From Acidobacteriota bacterium (GTDB lineage Bacteria > Acidobacteriota > Polarisedimenticolia > Gp22-AA2): a stretch of 64,000 nt of DNA. Where the stretch lies: the NCBI GenBank assembly GCA_041486695.1, contig JBGPLZ010000002.1, forward strand, positions 1,974 to 65,973, read 5' to 3'. Positions within the stretch are counted from its first letter, which is position 1, and each line of letters begins with the position of its first letter. Made by a program: the position numbers and the translations under genes. Below the pieces are notes generated by a model, which did not search any database, was not told the DNA's origin, and saw nothing but the letters and a program-made list of their open reading frames with translations. Positions 46,767 through 55,939 of the stretch are shown piece by piece.

Positions 46767-47711
46767 ATGCCTGAAACGCCCCGCTCCGGCCCCGAATTGT
46801 CCCTCGTCGTGCCGGTCTACAACGAGGCAGACAACCTCCGTCCACTCCATCAGCGGATCGCCGCCGCCCTGGCGCCGCCTGGCCGGACCTGGGAGTTGAT
46901 CCTGGTCGACGATGGCAGCCGCGACGGCTCGCTGCGGCTGCTCGAGGCGCTCCAGAAGGAGGACCCGGAGCATGTCCGCGTCGTTGAGCTGCTGCGCAAC
47001 TTCGGACAGCACGCGGCGGTCTTCGCCGGCCTCTCCCGGGCGCGGGGCGAGGTGGTGGTGACGCTCGACGCCGATCTGCAGAATCCCCCCGAGGAGATCC
47101 AGGTCCTGCTGCGGAAGATCGACGAGGGATACGACGTCGTCGGCGGGTACCGCCGGGAGCGGGAAGACTCCTGGTTCCGCAAGACCGCCTCGCGCATCGT
47201 CAACAGGCTCACGGCTCGGGCGACCGGCGTCAGGATGCGCGACTACGGCTGCATGCTGCGCGCCTATCGCCGGCCGATCGTCGACGCGATGGTCGCGACC
47301 ACCGAGATCGCCACCTTCATCCCGGCTCTGGCCAACGCCTTCGCGCGCGACGTCGCCGAGGTCGAGGTGGCGCACGCGCCGCGCCTCAAGGGAGCCTCCA
47401 AGTATTCGCTCTGGCGCCTGCTGCGGCTCAACTTCGATCTGATGACCGGTTTTTCCAACCTGCCGCTGCAGTTCATCTCCTGGACGGGAGCGATCCTGGC
47501 GGTCGCCGGCTTCTCGTTCGGCCTGTTCCTGTTCATTCGCCGGTTGATCGTGGGGCCGGAGGTCGGAGGGGTCTTCACGCTGTTCGCGATCCTGTTCGCC
47601 TTCCTCGGCGTGCAGCTCTTCTGCCTCGGCCTGATGGGAGAGTACGTCGGCCGGATCTATTCCGAGGTCCGTCATCGCCCGCGCTACCTCATCCGCCGGG
47701 TGCTCGGATGA
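46767..47711 (+). CDS. arnC: Undecaprenyl-phosphate 4-deoxy-4-formamido-L-arabinose transferase (GT2)
   Basis: GT2 motifs LSLVVPVYNE and DADLQNPPEEI (the ArnC-characteristic DADLQ(H/N)PP). Two C-terminal TM helices. Confidence 0.8.
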   Translation: MPETPRSGPELSLVVPVYNEADNLRPLHQRIAAALAPPGRTWELILVDDGSRDGSLRLLEALQKEDPEHVRVVELLRNFGQHAAVFAGLSRARGEVVVTLDADLQNPPEEIQVLLRKIDEGYDVVGGYRREREDSWFRKTASRIVNRLTARATGVRMRDYGCMLRAYRRPIVDAMVATTEIATFIPALANAFARDVAEVEVAHAPRLKGASKYSLWRLLRLNFDLMTGFSNLPLQFISWTGAILAVAGFSFGLFLFIRRLIVGPEVGGVFTLFAILFAFLGVQLFCLGLMGEYVGRIYSEVRHRPRYLIRRVLG

Positions 47712-48655
47712 AGACGGGGGGACCCCGGGCCGTCGTCTGCGGCTACGGCGAGATCGCCACCATCGGGCTGCAGTGTCTCCAGGAAGCCGGCTACGACACG
47801 GTGCTCTTGGTCACCCACCAGGATTCCCCGGGCGAGACGATCTGGTGGGAGTCGCCGGCGGCTTGGGCGCGGGCGAACGCAGTGCCGGTGGTGACGCCGG
47901 AGGACGTCAATCGTCCCGAGGAGATCGAGCGGATCCGGTCGCTCAAGCCGGACTTCCTGTTCTCCCTCTATTACCGTTCGATGATCGGTTGGGAGCTTCT
48001 GGCCGCGCCGCGGCGCGGCGCCCTGAACCTGCACGGGTCGCTCCTGCCGCGCTATCGGGGACGGGCGCCGATCAACTGGGTCCTGGTGAATGGAGAGACC
48101 GAAACCGGGGTGACGCTGCACTATATGGATGAGAAGCCGGACCACGGCGATATCGTCCTGCAGCGCCCGGTGCCGATCGATCCGCGCGACACCGGCGAGA
48201 CCTTGTTCCGGAAAATCACCGCGCAGGCCCGGCTGCTGCTGCGGGACGCGCTGCCGTTGCTGGCGGCGGGCACGGCGCCGCGCCAGCCTCAGGATCATGC
48301 GCTGGCGTCGTATTTCGGCCGGCGCCGGCCGGAGGACGGCCGAATCGACTGGTCCTGGCCGGCGACGAAGGTCTACAATCTCATCCGCGCCGTCACCCGG
48401 CCCTTCCCGGGGGCCTTCACGATGCTCGGGGGCCGCAGGCTGTTCGTCTGGTGGGGCGTTCCGGACGAGCGCCGGGCGGACGAAGCGGGCGCCGCGGCCG
48501 GCGTCGTCCTCGCTCCGCGACCGGAGGGCGTCGCGATCGCGGCCGGGACCGGCGCGATCGTCGTCACCAAGGCGCAGCTCGAAGGGCAAGGCGAAATCAC
48601 CGATGTGACGGGGCTCGGAGCGGTTCTTCATAAAGGCTCCCGGCTGCCGTCCTGA
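47708..48655 (+). CDS. UDP-4-amino-4-deoxy-L-arabinose formyltransferase (stand-alone ArnA N-terminal-domain homolog)
   Basis: Start overlaps the arnC stop (ATGA). Formyltransferase motif NLHGSLLPRYRGRAPINW. This is the Fmt-like N- and C-subdomain only. Confidence 0.75.
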   Translation: MKTGGPRAVVCGYGEIATIGLQCLQEAGYDTVLLVTHQDSPGETIWWESPAAWARANAVPVVTPEDVNRPEEIERIRSLKPDFLFSLYYRSMIGWELLAAPRRGALNLHGSLLPRYRGRAPINWVLVNGETETGVTLHYMDEKPDHGDIVLQRPVPIDPRDTGETLFRKITAQARLLLRDALPLLAAGTAPRQPQDHALASYFGRRRPEDGRIDWSWPATKVYNLIRAVTRPFPGAFTMLGGRRLFVWWGVPDERRADEAGAAAGVVLAPRPEGVAIAAGTGAIVVTKAQLEGQGEITDVTGLGAVLHKGSRLPS

Positions 48656-48691
48656 ACGAATTGCGGCGCAGCGTCGCCGGCGGAGAGAACG

Positions 48692-49654
48692 ATGAAGATT
48701 CTGGTGACGGGCGGCGCGGGGTTCCTGGGGTCGCACCTGTGCGAAACGCTCCTCGATCGCGGGCACGAGGTCTGGGCGATCGATGCCAAGGGCGAATCGA
48801 AGATCCTGCACCTCCTGAACCGCGACCACTTCCACTTCGTGCGCGAGACGATCTTCAACGAGGCGATGCTCGAGGACCTGGTGCGGCGCGCCGAGTTGAT
48901 CTTCCACCTGGCGGGCGTCGTCGGCGTCGAGCATTACGTCGGCGACCCGTACGCCGTCCTGAACGTCAACATCAACGGCACGCAGAAGGTCCTGCAGGTG
49001 GCGCACAAGTACGACCGCAAGGTGGTGTTCGCGTCGACGTCGGAAGTCTACGGGCGCAACACCAAGGTCCCCTTCGAGGAGGACGACGACCGCGTCCTCG
49101 GCTCGACGCGGGTCGACCGCTGGTGCTACTCGACCTCGAAGGCGGCGGCCGAGCACTTCTGCTTCGCCTACGGAAAGATCGGCCTGCCGTTCGTGATCCT
49201 GCGCTACTTCAACGTCTACGGCCCGCGCCTCGACAAGGTCGACGTCGGCCGCGTGCTCACCATCTTCATGGGGCAGATCCTGAAAAACAAGCCGCTCACC
49301 GTCATCGGCGACGGCTCGCAGACCCGCTGCTTCACCTACGTCTCGGATGCCATCGAGGGGACGATCGCCGCCGGCCTGCGGCCCCAGGCGGTCGGCAACA
49401 TCTTCAACATCGGCACCGACACCGAGATCTCGATCCGCACCCTGGCCGAGACGATGCTCGAGATCGCCGGCAAGCCGAAGTCGATGATCGAGTACGTGCC
49501 GCAGGAGAAGATCTACGGAACGTCGTACGAAGACATCCCGCGGCGCGTGCCCAACGCCACCCGGATGCACAAGATCCTCGAGGTGACCCCCAGGGTCGGC
49601 CTGCGCGAAGGGCTCGAGCGGACCATGAGCTGGTTCGTGAAGGAGGCGCAGTAG
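48692..49654 (+). CDS. NAD-dependent UDP-glucuronate decarboxylase / epimerase-dehydratase (stand-alone ArnA C-terminal-domain homolog)
   Basis: Rossmann motif ILVTGGAGFLGSHL. Catalytic STSEVYG and YSTSKAAAE (S...YxxxK). Confidence 0.75.
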   Translation: MKILVTGGAGFLGSHLCETLLDRGHEVWAIDAKGESKILHLLNRDHFHFVRETIFNEAMLEDLVRRAELIFHLAGVVGVEHYVGDPYAVLNVNINGTQKVLQVAHKYDRKVVFASTSEVYGRNTKVPFEEDDDRVLGSTRVDRWCYSTSKAAAEHFCFAYGKIGLPFVILRYFNVYGPRLDKVDVGRVLTIFMGQILKNKPLTVIGDGSQTRCFTYVSDAIEGTIAAGLRPQAVGNIFNIGTDTEISIRTLAETMLEIAGKPKSMIEYVPQEKIYGTSYEDIPRRVPNATRMHKILEVTPRVGLREGLERTMSWFVKEAQ

Positions 49655-49655
49655 C

Positions 49656-50609
49656 GTGCCGGAGCTCCCCGCGCCGGCGCCCGCCGGCGGGGAGGCGCCG
49701 GCACGGCGCATCTCGATCCGGGTCGACGTCGACACCCACACCGGCCTGCGCGACGGCGTCCCCGCCCTCCTCGATCTCTTCCGCCGCCTAGGAGTGCGCG
49801 CCTCGTTCTTCGTGACCATGGGGCCCGACAACTCGGGCCGCGCCATCCGCCGCCTGTTCACCCGCAAGGGGTTCGCGCGCAAGATGGCGCGCACCAACGC
49901 CCTCAAGATCTATGGACTGCGCACGGTGCTGTCGGGGACGCTCCTGCCGTCGCGCCCGGTCGGCCACGGTTTCCCCAATCTCCTGAAAGCCATCGAATCC
50001 GATGGGCACGAGTGCGGCATCCATGGCTGGGATCATGTCTTCTGGCACGACCGTCTCGAGCGGCTGGACGAGGCAGCGATCGCGCTCGAGCTTCGGCGCG
50101 CCGCGGAGGCGTTCCGCGCCGCCACGGGACACGACCCCGCGGGGACCGTCGCCCCCGCCTGGCGCGCCACACCCGCCAGCCTCGAGGTGCAGGATCGGAT
50201 GCCGTTCCGCTATGCCAGCGACTCGCGCGGCCACGGTCCCTTCCGGGTCGCCCGCCCGGACGGCACGGCCTACCGGCTCATCCAGATCCCGACCACGCTG
50301 CCGACCTTCGACGAGATGCTCGGCGCCCCCGGCATGACCGAGGCGCGCATCATCGAGACCCTGACCGCCGGCCTCGAGCCGGCCGGCCTCAATGTTTTCG
50401 CCATCCATACCGAGGTCGAGGGGCGGCATGCCGCGCCGCTCTTCGAGACGGTTCTGCGCTGCCGGCTCGAGGATGGCTGGCGCTTCGAGACGGTCGCCGC
50501 GGCCGCGGAGCGCGCCGCCGCCGACCCCTCGACTCCGCTCTGCCGGCTCGTTCCGGGCGAGCTCCCCGGCCGCGCGGGGTGGATGTCGCTGCAAGAGATC
50601 ACGACCTGA
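49656..50609 (+). CDS. arnD: 4-deoxy-4-formamido-L-arabinose-phosphoundecaprenol deformylase (NodB-type polysaccharide deacetylase)
   Basis: The GTG start abuts the upstream stop. NodB-like motifs VDVDTHTG and HECGIHGWDH. Confidence 0.75.
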   Translation: MPELPAPAPAGGEAPARRISIRVDVDTHTGLRDGVPALLDLFRRLGVRASFFVTMGPDNSGRAIRRLFTRKGFARKMARTNALKIYGLRTVLSGTLLPSRPVGHGFPNLLKAIESDGHECGIHGWDHVFWHDRLERLDEAAIALELRRAAEAFRAATGHDPAGTVAPAWRATPASLEVQDRMPFRYASDSRGHGPFRVARPDGTAYRLIQIPTTLPTFDEMLGAPGMTEARIIETLTAGLEPAGLNVFAIHTEVEGRHAAPLFETVLRCRLEDGWRFETVAAAAERAAADPSTPLCRLVPGELPGRAGWMSLQEITT

Positions 50610-50648
50610 AGATGACTCACCTGGCTGATTCGCAAGAATCAACGTAGA

Positions 50649-51728
50649 GTGTGGCAAGATTCGACGATCACCTCACCGCGAGTCGGAGACCTGACTGTGG
50701 CACATCGACAGTGGCTGCTCGTCGCGATGACTTTGCTTGGTCTCCCCTCCTGGCGACGGAGGACGACGTCACCGCCGCCTCGTCATGATGGCGCCGGGCC
50801 AGACGAAGCAGTTCTGATGGGACGATCGTTGACCGCGTCCGTGCGTGGAGGGGTTGGGGTCGATCGGTCCTCCACCGGGCACATCCTAGGCGCTCACCGG
50901 CGCCCGGCTCTCCTCGCCGCTCTGCTGACCGCTCTCGCCGCGGCGCTCTGCGGAGACCCCCCGGGGGCCTCTCCGTCCGCACCCCTGCCTTTCATCGGGC
51001 AATGGGTCTGGACGCCACAGGATGCGGCGATCTTCCTCCAAAGCCGCATTGAACTCCCCGACATCGAGCCTGCCGTCTGGGTGAGCACGCTGTCGTTTTC
51101 GAACGGAGATCTGCTCCAGAGGCTTGCCCTCTCCCCGGCTCTCGAGCCCGGGGCTCGCGTGGCGATCGTCATACGTTTCGACAGGAGCGTCGATGGAATC
51201 TGGTCGCCGATGGACGACGCGGGCGTGGCGGCTTCGATCGACGCGCGTCTCCGGAAGCTCATGGATCCGGTCTTAAGGACCGGGGTCGATGTGACCGAAG
51301 TGCAGCTCGATTACGATTGTCCGGTGCGGCTCCTGCGACGCTGGGCGTCCGTGGTCGGGATCCTGTCGGGCGGGGCCTTGGCGGGTCGGACTCTTTGGAT
51401 CACCAGCCTGGTCGATCATGTCCGGCAACCGGACTACGGCGACCTGTTCAGGGGTCGCGTCGCCGGCCACATCCTTCAGGTCTTCGACACCGGAGACCAG
51501 GTTCTCTCTGACTCTCCGGCCCGCGTCGGGCTCCTCGCCGACCAGCAGCGGATGCCGTTCCGGCTCGGTCTCGGTGCGTTTGAGCGGCGGCTCCCCGGAG
51601 GCCGGAGGACGGATCACAGGGCATGGTTTGACGCCGTGCGGCCGATGGCGCGCAGCCCCTGGTTCCGAGGCGTCTGGGTGTTTCCCGCCGGCCAGCCGTG
51701 GGTCCCTCTGGTGAGGGCATCGCTGTGA
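50649..51728 (+). CDS. Hypothetical protein (possibly exported; start uncertain)
   Basis: Long ORF with GC3 bias. Internal signal-like segment RRPALLAALLTALAAALCG. No family motif recognised. Confidence 0.35.
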   Translation: MWQDSTITSPRVGDLTVAHRQWLLVAMTLLGLPSWRRRTTSPPPRHDGAGPDEAVLMGRSLTASVRGGVGVDRSSTGHILGAHRRPALLAALLTALAAALCGDPPGASPSAPLPFIGQWVWTPQDAAIFLQSRIELPDIEPAVWVSTLSFSNGDLLQRLALSPALEPGARVAIVIRFDRSVDGIWSPMDDAGVAASIDARLRKLMDPVLRTGVDVTEVQLDYDCPVRLLRRWASVVGILSGGALAGRTLWITSLVDHVRQPDYGDLFRGRVAGHILQVFDTGDQVLSDSPARVGLLADQQRMPFRLGLGAFERRLPGGRRTDHRAWFDAVRPMARSPWFRGVWVFPAGQPWVPLVRASL

Positions 51729-53719
51729 GGCGGCGCGCGCGGGCGTTTCTCCTTCTGGCTCTGATGTCACGCGCTGCGCCCTGCTTCCCTTGCGGAGGAG
51801 GGGAGTTCTACCCGATCGATGCGGCTCTCTACTCGACCGAAACCCTCTTTTCGCGGATTATCGCGCCGGAGAGCGTGCTGGGCGGTCCGCAGATTCCAAA
51901 GGAGCTCTGGTTCCTCTACCCCTTCAAGCTGACGAAGCCGGACGAGATCGCGGAGCTCTGGAGAGAATGCTACGAGGGCGGGGCAAGCTCTCCGGCCGTC
52001 GATGGCCCCGACCGGCTGAACAGCATGATGAATATCCTCCGTGACCGGGCCCCCATCGCCGCCGTCGGCGAGGCCCGGGCGATCGTCGATCACGTGCTCG
52101 ACATGCCGGTCGGGCAGGCCAACGTGAACCAGGAGGAGGTGCGGCGCGCGGTCGAGCTGGTCGAGCTGCAGCCGTACCTCAAGGGGGTCGACCGCGACCT
52201 GGTCACCAGGTTTTTCAGCAGGGATGAGGCGATCGAATCGTCGGCCGCTCTCCCACCGGAGCTGAAGGAGGCGCTCGAGATCCGCCGCATGGCCAGAGCC
52301 GACATGGGGGAGTACGCGAAACAGCATCCGGCGAGCCCGCGGATCGCCTCGCTCCGGTTCGTCGCCGTGCAGGAAGCGATGCATCACGACATCCCCGACG
52401 GCTGGCAATTCGAGATCGCCCGGGCGATGACACCGGACGACTGGAAGAGGCTGGAGGCGCTCCACGATTCCTGGCTCGCCGACTTTCCCGATCACCCGCT
52501 CGCCGATCTGGTCCGCTTGTCGAAGGTCCGGATCTACTGGTACCAGGGCGACGCCCGCGCCTGGAGCACTCTCTTCGATCTCTATCCCCGCCACCTGCCC
52601 CGATTGCTCGCGGAGATGCGCTACTTGAAGGGGGGGATTCTGCCCCGCGAATTCCTGAATCACCCACACGTCGACCCGCTGCTCCAGACGGCCCTTCTTC
52701 TCGACGCCGGGGCCGATCAGAGCATGTGGTCGAGCCTCTGGAAGCTCTCGGAGGCGCGGGCGACGGAGCCCTGGGCGATCAATCTCCAGGAAAGGCTCCT
52801 CAAGGTCGCGGGCGACCGAGTCGCCTCCTGGAAGTCGCTCCCGCAGGGGTTTCCGGAGAAGCCGTCCAATCCGACCAGGCTCTGGGGGCGTCTCCGACTC
52901 GTCGCACTCTACAAGGCGGGGCGCCTGGACAAGTTCGAGGAGCAGGACAGGACTCTCGGCGCCGACGCGGATCTCGCCGCCTTCCGGGCGCGGATCCTGC
53001 TGATGCACGGCGAGCCGCTGCGGGCGGCGCAGGTCGAGAAACTGGATCCGCTGGCGCGCAGTTACCTCGTGCGCGTGATGCTGGACGAGAAATCCCTCGT
53101 CGCCGCGGCACAGACTCCCGACGCGGCGCTCCGCGCGGAGGCGACCCTGACAAGGGCGGTGCGCCGGGCCGCGCAGGGTGACTGGAAGGGGGGCGCCGAC
53201 CTTTTGCGCGACACCGACCCGGAAAAGGCGGCCCTCTGGACCGAAGTGGCGGGAAAGGCGGCCGATCGCAGCTCCCGCGGACGGTTGGCGTGGGCGCGCT
53301 TCCTCCGGGACAACGACGGGAAACTGCTGTTCGGCGTGGACAAAGTCTGGGACCGGTCGGTCTGCGGCAGGGCCCGCGTCCTGGCGCTGCCCGAAGATCC
53401 ACGGAATAACGTGACACTTTATGAGCGATACAACAGCCCCGATCTCCCCTGGACGAAGGAGGAGGAGATCACCGCGATCCGCCGCCACCTCGACGGCTCC
53501 TCGGAGACGTTCCTGGCCCTCCAGGCTTATGCCGCCTGGCTGAGCAGCGTCAACCTGAAAGACAGAGACGTCGGGGAGGCGCTCAAGGAAGCCGACACTG
53601 TCTACAACCGATTGATCAACTGGCCTTACGTCACCGAGTCCTGCTTCAACGACGCTCTCAAGGGCAGCGACGCCGCGGCGACGCTACGTCGGGTGGGGCG
53701 GCAGATTCGCGGGTCGTGA
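51725..53719 (+). CDS. Hypothetical secreted all-helical protein (~664 aa)
   Basis: GTG start overlaps the upstream stop (GTGA). Signal peptide (RRRARAFLLLALMSRAAPCFPCGGG). Predicted alpha-helical repeats throughout. No recognisable catalytic motif. Confidence 0.4.
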   Translation: MRRRARAFLLLALMSRAAPCFPCGGGEFYPIDAALYSTETLFSRIIAPESVLGGPQIPKELWFLYPFKLTKPDEIAELWRECYEGGASSPAVDGPDRLNSMMNILRDRAPIAAVGEARAIVDHVLDMPVGQANVNQEEVRRAVELVELQPYLKGVDRDLVTRFFSRDEAIESSAALPPELKEALEIRRMARADMGEYAKQHPASPRIASLRFVAVQEAMHHDIPDGWQFEIARAMTPDDWKRLEALHDSWLADFPDHPLADLVRLSKVRIYWYQGDARAWSTLFDLYPRHLPRLLAEMRYLKGGILPREFLNHPHVDPLLQTALLLDAGADQSMWSSLWKLSEARATEPWAINLQERLLKVAGDRVASWKSLPQGFPEKPSNPTRLWGRLRLVALYKAGRLDKFEEQDRTLGADADLAAFRARILLMHGEPLRAAQVEKLDPLARSYLVRVMLDEKSLVAAAQTPDAALRAEATLTRAVRRAAQGDWKGGADLLRDTDPEKAALWTEVAGKAADRSSRGRLAWARFLRDNDGKLLFGVDKVWDRSVCGRARVLALPEDPRNNVTLYERYNSPDLPWTKEEEITAIRRHLDGSSETFLALQAYAAWLSSVNLKDRDVGEALKEADTVYNRLINWPYVTESCFNDALKGSDAAATLRRVGRQIRGS

Positions 53720-53735
53720 CAGGCCCACGCGGACA

Positions 53736-55475
53736 CTACAGCGTCGGCGAGTCGTCCCCCAGCATGGCGCGGCGGACCTGCTTGAGCGGCGGGTAGCCCA
53801 TCGCCAGCAGGCGGTCGTGGAACTCCATCAGGGTGAAGCGGTCGCCGCGCGCCTTCTTGTAGTCGTCGCGCAGCTTGAGGATCTGCAGCTTGCCGAGCGT
53901 GTAGTAAAGATAGGTCGGGTCAGAGGTGCCGCGCTTCGTCTCCATAAGGGCGATCGACCGGGTCTGGTGCCCCTCCTTGACGAAGAAGTCGACCCCCTGG
54001 TCGAAGGTCATCTTTCCGGTGTGCATTTCGATGCCGACGATGTAGCGGGCATTCCGCAGTAACGCATCCTGGATCTGACCCAGGCGGAGCTTCGGGTCGC
54101 CGTCGCCGTAACCTTCGTCGAGCATCATCTGCTCGCAGTAGTGCGCCCAACCTTCCGCGTTCGAGTTCGAGCCGAACAGCTTGCGCACCTTTGAAGGAGC
54201 CTTCTGCACCCAGAGGAACTGGGTGTAGTGGCCCGGGTAGGCCTCGTGGATCGCGGTGCTGAGGATGGTGCCGCGGTTGAAGGCGGCCATGTGCTCCTCG
54301 ACTCTTTCGGGGCTCCAGGTCGGCTCCGGCAGGGTGACGTTGAAGTAGGCCTCCCTGGCGACGTTCTCGTAGGCCCCCGGTGTGTCCATCGAGGCGGTGG
54401 TGAGAGCGCGCTCGAACGGGGGAGTCTCCTGCAGGATCGGCGGCACCTGCGAGGGCAGGGTCACGATCTTCTTCGCGGCGATGAAATCGCGCAGGCCACC
54501 AAGCGTGTCGCGGAAGGCGTCGAGGAGCTTGTCGGGGGCCGGGTGATCGCGCTGCAGCTCGGCCAGGATCGCCTGCGGTGTCCGCTTCGGATCGATCATC
54601 GCGGCGGTCTGCTTCAGACGCTCCTGGTTCCGGTGCAGGTCCGCGTAGCCGACCGTCAGCAGCTTGTCGAGCGGCAGATCGACCATCTCCTCGTACTGGA
54701 GCTTTTTCACGAAGCTGTCGCGGCCAATTCGGAAATCACCCTTCGAGCGTGGCAGGATCTTCTCCTGCAGGAACGTCTGGTAGTCGGTGAGGGCGGCGAT
54801 CACCTCGGCGTTGCTCCTGGCGAAGTCGGCGCGCAGCTCGGGGTCGGTGACCGCCTCGAACGCCTTCGGGACGTCGTTCTGGAAAAACCCGATGGTCCCG
54901 GGGAGCTGCTCCAGGGCGACCTCGGTATAGATCTTCGGAGGGTTGTCCAGATTGACCCGCGCCACCTCGAACAGGCGCGACACCCGGCGCTCGCGGGCGA
55001 TGACCGAGCGCAGGCGGTCGGCCGGCGGAGCGAAGTTGCGGCTCATGATCACGAAGACGCCGCCGGCCGCCGTCGAGGCATACAGGTCGGGGTTGCGCTG
55101 CCACATCCGCACCGTCTCGAGCTCGAGCAGGGCGGCCTTGATCGTCCCGAGCACCAGCTCGCGGTCGGCGGCCTCCTCCGGGCCGAGCGGCTTCGGGTCG
55201 AGCTTTTCAAAACGGGCCCGGAATGAATTGAGGCAGGTGACCTGGGCGGTGACGGCGAAGCGGGAAAAGTCCTCGAGGCTGGTGTCGTACTGATGGAACC
55301 CCGCGGCGGTCGCCGACGTTGGATGGTGGGGGAACCAGCAGTCATCGAAGAACTGATCGACGAGTTTGTCAAAGTTGTCACCGGCCGGCGGATTTTCACC
55401 GGCCGGCGGGCGGGGGGCGGCGCTCATGAGGGCCGCCCCCAGGATGATCGCAGCGATCGGTGCCACATGGCGCAT
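53736..55475 (-). CDS. DUF885-family secreted protein (putative metallopeptidase-like, HExxGH)
   Basis: ATG with SD GGAGGAA. Signal peptide (MRHVAPIAAIILGAALMSAAP). Motif HEAYPGHYTQF, characteristic of DUF885. Confidence 0.7.
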   Translation of the reverse strand: MRHVAPIAAIILGAALMSAAPRPPAGENPPAGDNFDKLVDQFFDDCWFPHHPTSATAAGFHQYDTSLEDFSRFAVTAQVTCLNSFRARFEKLDPKPLGPEEAADRELVLGTIKAALLELETVRMWQRNPDLYASTAAGGVFVIMSRNFAPPADRLRSVIARERRVSRLFEVARVNLDNPPKIYTEVALEQLPGTIGFFQNDVPKAFEAVTDPELRADFARSNAEVIAALTDYQTFLQEKILPRSKGDFRIGRDSFVKKLQYEEMVDLPLDKLLTVGYADLHRNQERLKQTAAMIDPKRTPQAILAELQRDHPAPDKLLDAFRDTLGGLRDFIAAKKIVTLPSQVPPILQETPPFERALTTASMDTPGAYENVAREAYFNVTLPEPTWSPERVEEHMAAFNRGTILSTAIHEAYPGHYTQFLWVQKAPSKVRKLFGSNSNAEGWAHYCEQMMLDEGYGDGDPKLRLGQIQDALLRNARYIVGIEMHTGKMTFDQGVDFFVKEGHQTRSIALMETKRGTSDPTYLYYTLGKLQILKLRDDYKKARGDRFTLMEFHDRLLAMGYPPLKQVRRAMLGDDSPTL

Positions 55476-55717
55476 GGTTCCTCCGGATGGTCGGGCCTCC
55501 GGGTCGCGGGATGACCCGCGACCCGGAAGCGTTAGAATAGCGCGTTTCAGACGGCCGGGAAAGGACGTCCGAGGCATCAGCCTCGAGGAGGTTTCGCGCC
55601 GATGTCACGCCTTGCCTCTCTCTCCGCCGTCGTTCTACTCGTCGTGGCCCTCGGAAGTTCCCCCGTTTCACCGGCCGCGGCGACGCCTTCCCCTATTACT
55701 TCCGGATGGCCGGCCTT

Positions 55718-55749
<32 letters not shown>

Positions 55750-55939
55750 TCTGGTCGGCATCAGCCACAATCTGCCGCTGGTCGATGGCGGGGTTGTTAC
55801 GTCCTCGAGCAGCTGAAGACCACGCCGCCCGTCCGACCCAAACGGCCCGGGTACAAAGTGCGCTAGGAGCTTCTTCGATCGACGATTCCAAGGCGTGGTA
55901 TTATCCGCGACCTCTAAACCCCCTTACGAGGATGAACCG

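Noticed and set aside
45714-47675. 653-aa ORF antisense to threonine dehydratase and arnC
   Set aside because: Antisense artefact; both + strand genes have strong family motifs.
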